A DNA stretch of 64,000 nucleotides from Candidatus Eiseniibacteriota bacterium (GTDB lineage Bacteria > Eisenbacteria > RBG-16-71-46 > JABDJR01). The stretch spans positions 928,001 through 992,000 of the forward strand of contig CAVXKA010000001.1 of NCBI GenBank assembly GCA_963762255.1, given 5' to 3'. The notes under the pieces were generated by a model that worked only from the letters and a program-made list of their open reading frames with translations, had not been told where the DNA came from and ran no database searches. Within the stretch, counting starts at the first letter, position 1, and each line of letters starts with the position of its first letter. The position numbers were made by a program, and so were the translations under genes. Shown here one piece after another: positions 17,001 to 26,384 of this stretch.

Positions 17001-17769
17001 CAAGCGGACGCTGGCCGTCGGCGCCAAGCAGCAGGGCAAGCTCGGCAAGGCGATCCAGAAGATGGAGTCGGCCACCCGCATGTACGAACAGGGAGCGCGC
17101 AGCAACGCCGACTTCCAGGGGCGGGAATCGGCTTCCGATCTCAACGAGACCATCGTGCAGCTCATGAAGTCGCACTCGCAGATGTGCAGCGGCTCGGGAA
17201 GCGGCGACCAGAGCCAGCAGATGAAGGAGAAGCTCGGGGGCTTAAGCGAATCGCAGCAGGGGCTCAACGAATCCACCCAGCGAATGCTCCAGCAACTGCA
17301 GGGGAAGGGGCGGCTGAGCCGCACGGACGAGCAGCGCCTGCAGCAGATGGCCGCCCAGCAGGAGATGATTCGCAAGGGACTCGAGGAGCTGCAGCGGGAT
17401 TACCAGGAATCGGAGAAGCTCCTGGGGGACATGGACTCGATGGGCGAGCAGATGAAGGAGATCGAACGGCAGTTGCAGCAGAAGAACGTGGACCGGCCGC
17501 TGCTCGAGCGCCAGGCGCAGATCCTCTCGCGGATGCTCGACGCGCAGCGCTCGATCCGCCAGCAGGAGATGAGCCCGGAGCGGGAAAGCCGGACCGGCAC
17601 CCTCGCCGAGCGCCAGTCGCCGCCTCCCATTCCGCCGGAGCTCCTCAAGCGCGAACGCACGCTGGAAGAGGATGTGCTGCGAGGCGCCGACGACAAGTAC
17701 CCGGCGCAGTTCCGCAAGCTGGTCGAGGAGTATTTCCGGGCGCTCTCACGGGAGAACCGCACCCCCTAG
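14050..17769 (+). CDS. DUF4175-like large membrane protein (TM + Ig-like + long Gln/Glu-rich coiled coil)
   Basis: N-terminal TM helices, 'YPTYSG', 'ADDYGF', 'DNDAVSGAK', heptad-rich C-terminal half, terminal 'YPAQFRKLVEEYFRAL'. Confidence 0.8.
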   Translation: MNDPGYRRIIEALDDGRRALLRARLTAGAVRFLGIALATGAGLVLWALLQRALRFYSVPVATAASVIGAGFAVFALVRWLVIPLVRLPGRDDFVAMVERRYPEQKNLIVNAYQLGSREPEGQTARASDLVEALVARASQRIENLDLRRWRDPAPDRPFLWAGGAALVAMLLLAVISPSLLATAMGQIVRPSLAEAPPVAIAVTPGSVEIDRGGDVEIVATVSGIGTAPTLRFRERNGTWRNRDFQPRSEGAVTRDGGAWWTQLADVDRNLEYQVAGPRTESPVYTVTVREPPRLAGFRASLRYPTYSGLSAETITSGTGDLAALKGTEVDLRVLTNRPLSSGWLEWYAEGAAPRRADLEAIDPTTWKAAFTVMEPASYSVVLADETGAERLRSPRYRLEAVPDRAPYLTLHYPQEDHDLADDMMERIVADAADDYGFSSCRLFYRIDDVSERWTAYAPYTAGQKEFRLDTVWDLKGLDMGPGSVLSYYLEVRDNDAVSGAKSARSPVRRVRFPTVGEIYADVAKDQDREIGDLSDMRQEQTDLRDRLQKLSDELKQGKELNWDLRRDVEKSLERQASLEEQLSEVSQRMQETVAKAADRAQMNQALVQKMAEINDLIENMANEELKRSFQELSTALDKMDRDAIRRALEKFQTSQEDMLKGLDRTVELLKQIKREGQVEDVVRRTDEIAKLQEQIAKELEKMGAREEKEQGDQAKAGEQEQGDEAKQDQQGEQDEAAKQKPGDEQKPGEPKNDEQKSQEQQGDQDQGSQGEKSDEEKAAAEKAAAKQLEEMKERLEKLRDQLAKENEEADKNKNGSQKQQGSQDEQERLQQLGQQQEQAEQMVQELRRQLETLSKIQEQQAADKRLEEMQKSQDLKRMQENMKSAQQGMQSGQMKPSADFAFRARDQAKRLADMAKSMQQQMQQEQDDDTIQRMEKVIRELIQVSGEQEGVSAGVEPDERLLAQRQLNLAEAAEAIADSLQEVSKRTLAVGAKQQGKLGKAIQKMESATRMYEQGARSNADFQGRESASDLNETIVQLMKSHSQMCSGSGSGDQSQQMKEKLGGLSESQQGLNESTQRMLQQLQGKGRLSRTDEQRLQQMAAQQEMIRKGLEELQRDYQESEKLLGDMDSMGEQMKEIERQLQQKNVDRPLLERQAQILSRMLDAQRSIRQQEMSPERESRTGTLAERQSPPPIPPELLKRERTLEEDVLRGADDKYPAQFRKLVEEYFRALSRENRTP

Positions 17770-17784
17770 GATGAAAGAGCGCCC

Positions 17785-19434
17785 ATGATCACCCGCCGTC
17801 TCCACGTTTCGACCCGTCGGCTTCCCCGGCTCGGCGCAGCCGCGCGGCTCGTCGTTGCGGTTCTTCTCATCGGCGTCGGATTCGGCTCGACTCCTGCGCG
17901 GGCGGCCGACCCCCTCTACCAGAACCAGATCCAGAACGCTCGCCGGGCGCTTTCGCGCGGTCAATTCCAGCCCGCGGCCGACTTGTTCGAGAAGATCCTC
18001 AAGTCCCACCCGCAGGATGGGACGGCCGCCACCGGGCTGGCCGAGGCATGGATCGGTCTCGAGCGCTACGCGGAGGCCGACACCCTCATCGCCGGCACGC
18101 TCACGAGGGTCCCCGCCAAAGCGGATCTCTACAAACTTCGCGTGCGGCTTCGTCGCGCCCAGGAGCGCCCCGCCGAGGCGTTCGAGGATCTGGTGCGCGT
18201 GCTCGACGCCGATGCCGACCGTACGCCGTGGGCCTTCCGCGAGACCCGGGACCTGCTGACGGCGGGCCTCGATCCCAGGCGCGCGCTCAAGATCGCGGAA
18301 GAGGCTCGGGGGGCCCATCCCGGAAGCGTTCCCTTCGCGGTGCTGGTCGCCCTTGTGCACAGCCTGGACGGGCACGAGGAGGAAGGGCTTCGCGCACTTC
18401 TCGCGGACGAGGAAGGGCAGAAGCTCCGCGGCAAGGCGTTGCTTCTCTACGCCGACCAGATGCTCGCGCTGGAGCGCGACGACGTCGCGGTGGCCGCGCT
18501 CCAGAACGCGGCGGACCGCATCGACGAGGCCGGCCCGCGATCCGCCGTGCTCTTCAAGGTGGCGGAGATCCGGGAGGCGAGCGGGCAGTACAGCGAGGCG
18601 CTGGCCGTTCTCAAACGAATCGTCGACGAGCGTCCCGGAACCTCTTCCGCGGGCAAGGCGCTTCTGGCCAGCGCGGACATCTACCAGAAGTTCATGAACG
18701 ACCCGCAGGGAGCGCTGGCCGTCTACCGGCAGATCCAGAACGATCCGATCGTCGGTCATCGCCGTCCCGAGATGCTCTTGCAGATGGCGGATTGCTACGT
18801 GCGGCTGGACGAGCTGGACGAGGCGGCCTCGACCTACGCCTCGGTCATCCCGGAGGCGGTGGATCCGGAGCACGCGGAGACGGCGGCCTACAAGCTGGCC
18901 GAGGTCGAGTTCTTCCGCGGAAACATCGACTCGGCGCTGGTGCTCTACCAGGACATGGCGGAGAACCACCCGCGAAGCCTTCTGGCCGACGACGCCGCCG
19001 GACGCTACATCCTGCTCAACAAGCACCTCATGGTGGGCGGCGGGGTGGCGGTTCAGCTCCTCGGACGAATGAAGTGGGGGCTGCTGGCGGGAGACTCGGC
19101 CGCGGTCGACTCCAGCGCAAGCCTTCTCATCGAGAACTGGAGCGGCGGAGAACTTGCCGCGGAGGCGTATCTCGGCCTGGCCGACCTCGCCGAGCGCTCG
19201 GGGCGCTACGTCGAGGCGATCGAGCATTTGGAGAAGGTCGTGGCCGGATACGCGGGCGACCCGCGCGTGCCGGTCGCGCTCCGGCGGCAAGGCGACATTT
19301 ATGTCCAGCGTCTGAGCCAGCCCAAGGAGGCGCTCGAGCGCTACGAGACGATTCTCACCGACTACCCGAACAGCGTCGAGGCGGGCGAAGCCCGCCGCCT
19401 CGCGGAGAACCTGCGCCGTGATATCAAGTCGTAG
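17785..19434 (+). CDS. Exported tetratricopeptide-repeat protein
   Basis: Signal peptide (ARAA); repeated TPR-like helical pairs (e.g. EALERYETILTDYPNS). Confidence 0.85.
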   Translation: MITRRLHVSTRRLPRLGAAARLVVAVLLIGVGFGSTPARAADPLYQNQIQNARRALSRGQFQPAADLFEKILKSHPQDGTAATGLAEAWIGLERYAEADTLIAGTLTRVPAKADLYKLRVRLRRAQERPAEAFEDLVRVLDADADRTPWAFRETRDLLTAGLDPRRALKIAEEARGAHPGSVPFAVLVALVHSLDGHEEEGLRALLADEEGQKLRGKALLLYADQMLALERDDVAVAALQNAADRIDEAGPRSAVLFKVAEIREASGQYSEALAVLKRIVDERPGTSSAGKALLASADIYQKFMNDPQGALAVYRQIQNDPIVGHRRPEMLLQMADCYVRLDELDEAASTYASVIPEAVDPEHAETAAYKLAEVEFFRGNIDSALVLYQDMAENHPRSLLADDAAGRYILLNKHLMVGGGVAVQLLGRMKWGLLAGDSAAVDSSASLLIENWSGGELAAEAYLGLADLAERSGRYVEAIEHLEKVVAGYAGDPRVPVALRRQGDIYVQRLSQPKEALERYETILTDYPNSVEAGEARRLAENLRRDIKS

Positions 19435-20707
19435 ACCGGTCCGCGGCTCGCAGGCGCGGCTCGCGGCGGTCCTCGCGCTCTGTGCGCTGCTGCTTCCCGC
19501 GATCGCCTCGGCCAGGCTCCTCGTGCCCATGGATCTCAAGCAGACGGACCACTTGAAGGCCTACGGGCTCGCTTATTGGGTGCTCGCGCGCGAGCAGAAG
19601 GTGGAATGGCTCCTCAACTACCGGGGCGGCTCGTTCGTAATGGAGGAGGACGCCGCGACGGTCCGCGAGGCCCGCATCCGCGGCGTGCTCACGCAGAGCG
19701 TCTCCGCCGCCGAACTGGTCTCGATCTACGCGGATATCGAGCAGGCCAACATGGATGTGATGGTCCTCGAGAAGGCGCCGCGAGTGGCCATCTACATCCC
19801 GCCCGGTTTCCGCCCGTGGGACGACGCGGTGACGCTCGCCTTCGCCTACGCGGACATCCCGTTCACGCCGATCTGGGACGAAGAAGTGCTCTCCGGGCGG
19901 CTGAACGACTTCGACTGGCTCCATCTCCATCACGAGGATTTCACCGGCCAGTATGGGAAGTTCTACGCCACCTACCGCAACGCCGACTGGTATCAGGAAC
20001 AGGTGCGCACCTACGAGACGCAGGCGCGCAAGCTCGGCTTCAAGAAGGTGAGCGAGGAGAAGAAGGCGGTGGTGGAGACGATTCGCGACTGGGTGGCCCG
20101 GGGCGGATTCCTCTTCGCGATGTGCAGCGCCACCGACAGCTTCGACATCGCGCTCGCCGCGCGCGGGGTCGACATCTGCGCCGCCGAGTACGACGGCGAT
20201 CCCGCCGACCCGGAGTCCAACCAGAAGATGGACTTCTCGCGGACGCTGGCCTTCACCGGGTTCAGCCTCATCATGAACCCGTACCAGTACGAGTTCTCCA
20301 ACATCGACATGACGGCCGCCGCGCTGAGCCGCGGGGAGCCCAACGACTTCTTCACCCTGTTCGAGTTCTCGGCCAAGCAGGATCCGGTGCCCACCATGCT
20401 CACCCAGGACCACACCAACGTGGTGAAGGGATTCCTCGGCCAGACCACCTCCTTCAACCGGCGGCTGCTCAAGGACGGCGTGCTGGTGCTGGGGGAGCCG
20501 GAAGGGGGAGAGGACGTGCGGTACGTCCACGGCGGTTTCGGCAAGGGGACCTTCACCTGGCTGGGCGGTCACGATCCCGAGGACTGGCAGCATGCGGTGG
20601 GCGATCCACCCACCGAACTCGCCCTGTACAAGAACTCGCCGGGCTACCGGCTGATCCTCAACAACGTGCTGTTCCCGGCGGCGGAGCGCAAGAAGCAGAA
20701 GACGTGA
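19418..20707 (+). CDS. Exported conserved protein with class I glutamine-amidotransferase-like fold (family often labelled 'asparagine synthetase B' in Bacteroidota)
   Basis: Signal peptide; LLVPMD..QTDHLKAYG, WLLNYRGGSF, PWDDAVTL, DWLHLHHEDFTGQYGKF, FAMCSATD, GGHDPED, SPGYRLILNNVLFPA. Confidence 0.75.
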   Translation: MISSRRPVRGSQARLAAVLALCALLLPAIASARLLVPMDLKQTDHLKAYGLAYWVLAREQKVEWLLNYRGGSFVMEEDAATVREARIRGVLTQSVSAAELVSIYADIEQANMDVMVLEKAPRVAIYIPPGFRPWDDAVTLAFAYADIPFTPIWDEEVLSGRLNDFDWLHLHHEDFTGQYGKFYATYRNADWYQEQVRTYETQARKLGFKKVSEEKKAVVETIRDWVARGGFLFAMCSATDSFDIALAARGVDICAAEYDGDPADPESNQKMDFSRTLAFTGFSLIMNPYQYEFSNIDMTAAALSRGEPNDFFTLFEFSAKQDPVPTMLTQDHTNVVKGFLGQTTSFNRRLLKDGVLVLGEPEGGEDVRYVHGGFGKGTFTWLGGHDPEDWQHAVGDPPTELALYKNSPGYRLILNNVLFPAAERKKQKT

Positions 20708-20883
20708 TGCCGGAAGCGGGCGCGCACGCGCAGTCGTGCGGGCTCATCGCCTCCGGCGTCCGCCCTTGGCCCTTGACTTGCCCCAGGCGCGGCGGGAAAC
20801 TATCGGATCAATACAGTCCCTCGTATCCGCGATCCCAGTGTCAGAGGGGGCGTGGTCTATCCGGTAGGGATGGGAGGTTCGCG

Positions 20884-21084
20884 ATGCCGACGGATGATAA
20901 GTCCTTTCCGGCCTGTCTCAAGTGCAACACTGGGGTTCTTCTCCCGCTGTCCGATTACGGCCGCGACGGCGCCCCCATCCGATACAAGGCGTGGGTGTGT
21001 TCCAACCCCAATTGCGGCTTCAACCTGCGGATCGACAACGGCGAGATCTCTCTCGGTCGCACCATCGGGACTTCGGTGAAATAG
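20884..21084 (+). CDS. Small Zn-ribbon-like protein (66 aa)
   Basis: SD GGGAGG; MPTDDKSFPACLKC...KAWVCSNPNCGF. Hidden inside the spurious ORF 19576..21084. Confidence 0.8.
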   Translation: MPTDDKSFPACLKCNTGVLLPLSDYGRDGAPIRYKAWVCSNPNCGFNLRIDNGEISLGRTIGTSVK

Positions 21085-21135
21085 CTTCCTCTTCGTCCGG
21101 CCTCCCCCGACCGCCCGTCCGAAGGAGTTTCGCTC

Positions 21136-21876
21136 GTGATCCGTGCGGTCATCTTCGACCTCGACAACACCCTGACCGACTTCATGCGGGTGAAGGAGGT
21201 TTCCATCGAGGCGGCGGCGGACGCCATGATCGATGCCGGGCTCGATGCTCGGCTCCCCGCCGCGGACGACGACGCAGGTGCCCGTGACCGCGTGGTGCAG
21301 CGTATCCGCGATATCTACGACCGTGAGGGAATCGAGTACCAGAAGGTCTTCAACAGTTATCTCCAGGAGGAACTCGGCGAGGTCGACTACAAACTCCTCG
21401 CCGCCGCCATCGTGGGCTACCGGCGCGCCCGCGAATCCGCCCTCCTTCCCTACCCGCACGTCCATCTCACCCTTCACGGCCTCCTGCGTCGCGGCCTCAA
21501 GCTGGGGGTGGTGAGTGACGCCCCCCGCGAGAACGCATGGCTCCGGCTGGTCTATCTCAACCTCCATCACGTCTTCGACCATGTCGTCACCTTCGAAGAT
21601 ACCGGGATGCGCAAGCCCGATCCCGCGCCGTTCGAGACCGCGCTGCGCCGGCTGGGGGTGACCGCGGATCAAGCGCTCATGGTGGGAGACTGGCCCGATC
21701 GCGACATGGCCGGCGCCAAGGCGCTCGGCATGCGCACCGTCTTCGCTCACTATGGCTTCTCGTGGTCGAAGGACAAGGAACCCATCGACCGCCACCCCGC
21801 GGATTTCTCCATCCACGACATGCTGGAGCTCCTGGACATCGTGGACGACCTCAATGAGGGCGCGGTCGCGCCCTGA
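21136..21876 (+). CDS. HAD-superfamily hydrolase (HAD-IA)
   Basis: FDLDNTL, VVSD, KPDPAPF, MVGDWPDRDMAGA. Confidence 0.9.
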   Translation: MIRAVIFDLDNTLTDFMRVKEVSIEAAADAMIDAGLDARLPAADDDAGARDRVVQRIRDIYDREGIEYQKVFNSYLQEELGEVDYKLLAAAIVGYRRARESALLPYPHVHLTLHGLLRRGLKLGVVSDAPRENAWLRLVYLNLHHVFDHVVTFEDTGMRKPDPAPFETALRRLGVTADQALMVGDWPDRDMAGAKALGMRTVFAHYGFSWSKDKEPIDRHPADFSIHDMLELLDIVDDLNEGAVAP

Positions 21877-21881
21877 GGACG

Positions 21882-22292
21882 ATGACGATGATGACCCCCG
21901 ATCCCTGGGACTGCTCGGTCGGTGTCGACGTCGAAGAGGTCGACCGCATCCGTGGGGTCGTGCACCGCTGGGGGGATCGATTCCTGAAGCGCCACTTCAC
22001 CGATCAGGAGATCGCATACTGCCGGTCCAAGGCGCGCCCGGCCGAGTCGCTGGCCGTGCGCTTCGCGGCCAAGGAAGCGTTCGCGAAGGCCTATCCCGGG
22101 CGCGGCGTTCTGGGGTGGCACGACGTCGAAGTGATCAAGGACGGGCGTCGTCCGGCGCTGCGGTTGCGCGGAGCGGCGGCGGGCTATGAGGCCAAGCTCA
22201 GCCTCTCGCACACCCACGAGCACGCCGTGGCGATCGTTGTGGTTCGGCCCAAACGCAGCGCGGGCGCGGCAAAGCCGCGAGAGCGGGGGTAG
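21882..22292 (+). CDS. acpS: Holo-[ACP] synthase
   Basis: VGVDVEEVDRI, SLAVRFAAKEAFAKA, LSLSHTHEHAVA. Confidence 0.9.
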   Translation: MTMMTPDPWDCSVGVDVEEVDRIRGVVHRWGDRFLKRHFTDQEIAYCRSKARPAESLAVRFAAKEAFAKAYPGRGVLGWHDVEVIKDGRRPALRLRGAAAGYEAKLSLSHTHEHAVAIVVVRPKRSAGAAKPRERG

Positions 22293-22298
22293 AGAGCG

Positions 22299-23888
22299 AT
22301 GCGGCGACTGGTGACGGCGAACGAGATGCGCGCGATGGACCACGAGGCGATCGCCATCCGCGGAATCCCCGGCTACGAGTTGATGGATGCGGCGGGGCAC
22401 GGCGTCGCCGAGGTGATCCTCGAGCATTTCAGCGATCTCGAGGACGCGCCGGTGGTGGTGCTGGCCGGTCGTGGCAACAACGGGGGGGACGGCTTCGTCG
22501 CCGCGCGGGCCCTCAAGGAGCGGGAACTGAGGCCGGTCGTGATCCTGGTGGGGGCGCGCCCCGAGGAACTCGCGGGCGATGCCGCGCAAGCCTATCGCGA
22601 CTGGACCGCGGCCAAAGGGGAGACCCTCGTCGCCTCCGACGGCGCCGGCTGGGAGGACGCCCGCGGCGAGTTGGAAGATGCCGAGCTGATCGTGGACGCG
22701 CTCCTCGGCACCGGCAGCAAAGGCGCCCCGCGCGGGCTCGTGGGTCAGGTGGTGGAGGCGCTCGAGCTGCTCGACACGCCCATCGTGGCCATCGACATCC
22801 CCACCGGCCTCGACGCCGACACCGGCGAAGCGGAAGGCGTCTGCGTGCACGCGGACCTCACCGTGACCCTGGCGCTCCCCAAGCGCGGCCACTTTCTCTA
22901 CCCGGGACGCTCGTTCACCGGAGAGCTGCGGTGGGTGGACATCGGTATCCCCGAGGACGTGCTCGACGCGGGGGAGGGCCTCCGCGCCTATGTTGTCGAG
23001 CCGGAGGACGTCATCGACCGGCTTCCCGATCGCGAGCCGGAGATGCACAAGGGAGATCGGGGGCGCCTGCTCGTGGTCGGAGGAAGCGCCGGTCTCACCG
23101 GTGCGGTCACCCTGGCCTCGGAGGCGGCGGTTCGCGCCGGCGCGGGGCTTGTCACCGCGGGCGTGCCGCTCAGCCTGAACGACATTCTGGAGGTGAAACT
23201 CACCGAGGCGATGACGCTGCCGCTCCCCGAACTCGACGTGCGTGCGCTCTCGCGGGACGCGTTCGATGCGATCTCCATCTTTCAGCCCGGGCGGCTCACC
23301 GCGCTGGCGGTGGGACCGGGAGCCGGACGCCATCCCAGCACGCAGGCGCTGGTGCGGCGGATCATCCGGGAGATTCATCTTCCCGCCGTGCTCGACGCCG
23401 ACGGAATCTTTGCGTTCAACGGTCAGGCCGACACCCTGCGCCTGGGCGCGCCGAGCGCCAAGATCGTGCTCACCCCGCACGCGGGCGAGTTCATCGCGCT
23501 GACCGGTGAAGACCCGGCCGAGCTGCACGCGCATCGCCTCGAGACCGCCTCGAAGTGGGCGCGCCGCCTCAACGTGGTGCTCGTGCTGAAGGGCGCGCCC
23601 ACCGTGATCGCGGATCCGGCGAGTGAGACCGTGTACGTGAACCCCACCGGCTCCGAGGCGCTGGCCACCGGGGGAACCGGCGATGTCCTGACGGGTTTCA
23701 TTTCCGGGTTCCTCGCGCAGGGGGTCGACCCGCTCGACGCGGCCATCGCGGGGGTGTACCTGCACGGCTGGACGGCGGACTTCATCGTGGAGGAGTGGGG
23801 CTCGGTCTACGGGCTTCAAGCGGGCGACTTGATCGAGTGGTTTCCGCTCGCTCTCGGGTTCTTCCTGAATCCGCCCGAACCGGAGTAG
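22299..23888 (+). CDS. nnr: Bifunctional NAD(P)HX epimerase/dehydratase
   Basis: GRGNNGGDG, DALLGTG, DIPTG, HKGDRG, GAGLV, LDADG, LTPHAGEF, LATGGTGDVL. Confidence 0.93.
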   Translation: MRRLVTANEMRAMDHEAIAIRGIPGYELMDAAGHGVAEVILEHFSDLEDAPVVVLAGRGNNGGDGFVAARALKERELRPVVILVGARPEELAGDAAQAYRDWTAAKGETLVASDGAGWEDARGELEDAELIVDALLGTGSKGAPRGLVGQVVEALELLDTPIVAIDIPTGLDADTGEAEGVCVHADLTVTLALPKRGHFLYPGRSFTGELRWVDIGIPEDVLDAGEGLRAYVVEPEDVIDRLPDREPEMHKGDRGRLLVVGGSAGLTGAVTLASEAAVRAGAGLVTAGVPLSLNDILEVKLTEAMTLPLPELDVRALSRDAFDAISIFQPGRLTALAVGPGAGRHPSTQALVRRIIREIHLPAVLDADGIFAFNGQADTLRLGAPSAKIVLTPHAGEFIALTGEDPAELHAHRLETASKWARRLNVVLVLKGAPTVIADPASETVYVNPTGSEALATGGTGDVLTGFISGFLAQGVDPLDAAIAGVYLHGWTADFIVEEWGSVYGLQAGDLIEWFPLALGFFLNPPEPE

Positions 23889-23916
23889 GCCGGTGCCCGG
23901 TGCCCGAAGGAGGTCG

Positions 23917-24810
23917 ATGGTGAGATTCCTCGGCGCAGCGCTCGCCATGCTATTCGTCGCGGTGGCGGGCCGCCCCGCCGAGGCCGCGCCGCTCCTCCCG
24001 CCCGAGCCCGAGTTCGGCGCCTACCGATTCGTCGCCAACGTCGACGACGCCGTCTCGGTCTTCCTCAACCCCGCCGCCATGGCGGGCGCGAAGGGGATGA
24101 ACCTCCTCATGGACCTCTCCGGCGGTCACCACCTCCCCGACGAGTGGTCGGGGGCGCTGCAAGGGGGGTGGTCGGGGTTCGGCTACCGCCACAACCAGGG
24201 CAAGAGGTGCGGCACATGCGGCGGCGGCTACCTCAAGGCGGCCACGGTCGGGAATCTCCACGACTGGCGCACGGACAGCTACGTGCTCGCCGCGGCGCAG
24301 GGGGGGCGATGGCTGCGCATCGGGGTCGCGCGCGAGTGGATGGACACCGACACCGACTCCTTCGAGTTGGTCACATGGCACGCCGGCATCCTGAGCCGTC
24401 CCTCGCCGCGGCTCGCCGTCGGCGGCACGATCGAACGCCTCGACACGCCGAGCTACGGCCAGGTCGAGATGCGTCCGCGCTACACCTACGGCGTCTCGCT
24501 TCGCCCGCTCCCCTCGTCGCCGGATCTTCTCGTGCTGAACGTGCAGGGACGCCACGAGGACGGCGGGCACGGCCGCGTCGACATGCTCTACGGCGTCGGC
24601 ATGTCAACGCAATCGGGCTACGACGCGGCGATCACCCTGCGCGATCTCAACGGTGCTCCGCCCGAATTCGGGCTCTCGATCACCCGCCGCCTGAGCAACG
24701 GGGCCTACACCGGGCGCCTGCGCACGGTGAAGCGCGGCACCGACGATGTGCGGGGCTCGATCACGGTGCAGGCCTTCGACGAGTTCTGGCGGCGCTCGCA
24801 TCTCCGATAG
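23917..24810 (+). CDS. Putative outer-membrane beta-barrel protein
   Basis: SD AAGGAGG, signal peptide, 'VFLNPAAM' (seen at the start of FadL/PorV-like barrels), amphipathic strands. Confidence 0.6.
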   Translation: MVRFLGAALAMLFVAVAGRPAEAAPLLPPEPEFGAYRFVANVDDAVSVFLNPAAMAGAKGMNLLMDLSGGHHLPDEWSGALQGGWSGFGYRHNQGKRCGTCGGGYLKAATVGNLHDWRTDSYVLAAAQGGRWLRIGVAREWMDTDTDSFELVTWHAGILSRPSPRLAVGGTIERLDTPSYGQVEMRPRYTYGVSLRPLPSSPDLLVLNVQGRHEDGGHGRVDMLYGVGMSTQSGYDAAITLRDLNGAPPEFGLSITRRLSNGAYTGRLRTVKRGTDDVRGSITVQAFDEFWRRSHLR

Positions 24811-24833
24811 GGTTTGATCGGCCTCCGCCCCGA

Positions 24834-25418
24834 TCAGCGAGGACGCCGGGGCCGCAATCCTGTCTCGCCGATCCCCAGGCTCGCGGCCAAGAGCCTCGTG
24901 CGGGTCTCGATGTCGAGCAGCTTGGTCTTCACCGGGAGGCCCCCGCCGTAGCCCCCGATCTTCCCTCCGGCCGCGATCACGCGGTGGCAGGGGACGACAA
25001 TCGGAATCGGGTTGCTCCCGTTGGCCGAACCCACCGCCCGCACTGCCGAAGGCTGGCCGATCGCCGCGGCGACGTCCTTGTAGGTGACCGTGGTGCCGTA
25101 AGGGATGTCGAGGAGCGCCTTCCACACGCGCCGCTGGAACGGCGTTCCCTGGTCGAGATCCAGGGGGAGGCGGAAGACAAGGCGCCGGCCCGCGAAGTAC
25201 TCCTCAAGCTGCTCGATCGGCTGCGCAAAGGGCGCCGAGTTCTCCTCGCCCGCGTTCCCGTAGGTGCGCTCCACAAGGTAGGGGAGCATCTTCGGCTGGG
25301 GTAGGAACATGATGGCGGCGAGCCGCTCATCGCGCGAGACGAGCCCCAGAGGCCCGATCGGACTCTTCAGAATTGTGCGAGCGATCGAGGCGTGCCCGCT
25401 TTCGTAGGCAGGAGCCAT
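24834..25418 (-). CDS. ogt: Methylated-DNA-[protein]-cysteine S-methyltransferase
   Basis: SPIGPL, GTPFQRRVW, IPYGTTVTY, RAVGSANGSNP, IVVPCHRVI, GGYGGG; GGAGG SD upstream. Confidence 0.93.
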   Translation of the reverse strand: MAPAYESGHASIARTILKSPIGPLGLVSRDERLAAIMFLPQPKMLPYLVERTYGNAGEENSAPFAQPIEQLEEYFAGRRLVFRLPLDLDQGTPFQRRVWKALLDIPYGTTVTYKDVAAAIGQPSAVRAVGSANGSNPIPIVVPCHRVIAAGGKIGGYGGGLPVKTKLLDIETRTRLLAASLGIGETGLRPRRPR

Positions 25419-25548
25419 GTCGGTACCTCCGAGCGGGGATGGAGAGAACTCCATCATACGCCCCGTCCGCGGGCGGACCAAGAAGAAAGCCCGGCCATGC
25501 TTCGACTTGCGGGCGGATTCGCGATAGGATGGCGGGCCGGAAACCACC

Positions 25549-26384
25549 ATGACTGTCACCGATCGCCGCCGACTCATCGAAGCTCTCATTGCCGCCGGCC
25601 GCCGCCTGGACGCGCTCGGGTTGGTGCCCGCCCGCGACGGAAATCTATCGGCGCGCTCGGTCCGGGCCGCGTGCTGATCACCGCCACCGGCGCCCGCAAG
25701 CGCTCTCTCACCGCCGAAGATTTCGCGGAGGTCGCCGCCGACGGTCGCCCGATCGCCGGCGCCCGTGCGAGCACCGAGCTCGGCATGCACCTCACCGTCT
25801 ATCGCCTGCGCCCCGACGTGGGCGCGATCGTCCACGCCCATCCGCCGGTCGCGGTGGGATTCGCCAGCGCTGGCCTCGGCCTCACCGAGTGCCTCATGCC
25901 GGAAGTGGCGATGAGCCTCGGCGGGGTCCCCCTTACCCCGTACGCGACCCCCGGCACGCCCGAGATCGAAGCGGCCATCGCCGACGCCGCCCGCGTTCAC
26001 GACGCGTTTCTTCTCGCCAACCACGGCGCGGTGACGCTGGGGGGCACGGTGGACGAGGCGCTGGACCGCATGGAGACGCTCGAGCACTTCGCCCGCATCG
26101 CGCTGGTGACCCGCTTGCTCGGAGGGGGCCGCCCGCTGGGCCCCGCCGAGGTTGCGGCGCTCGAAGCATTGCGCCGCAGCGCCGGCGACCCCCGCCCTAT
26201 CACCTGCGAGCCGGGGAGTGGCCCGGGAGGCTCGGCGCGTTCCGTGCACTGCCCCCTGGATCGCCCCCAACCCATGACCCCACAACCGACTAGCGGCGAC
26301 TTGCCCGATCCCGGCCGCCTGGCCGATGCGGTCACCGAGGCGGTTCGCGCCCTCCTCGGTTCGCCCGTCCCCCGAACGCCTTAA
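25549..26384 (+). pseudogene. Class II aldolase/adducin family protein with an apparent 1-bp deletion at about 25656
   Basis: N-terminus MTVTDRRRLIEALIAAGRRL...DGNLSAR is in one frame; 'LGPGRVLITATG...STELGMH...HAHP...LANHG' is in another. Possibly a sequencing error. Confidence 0.75.
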
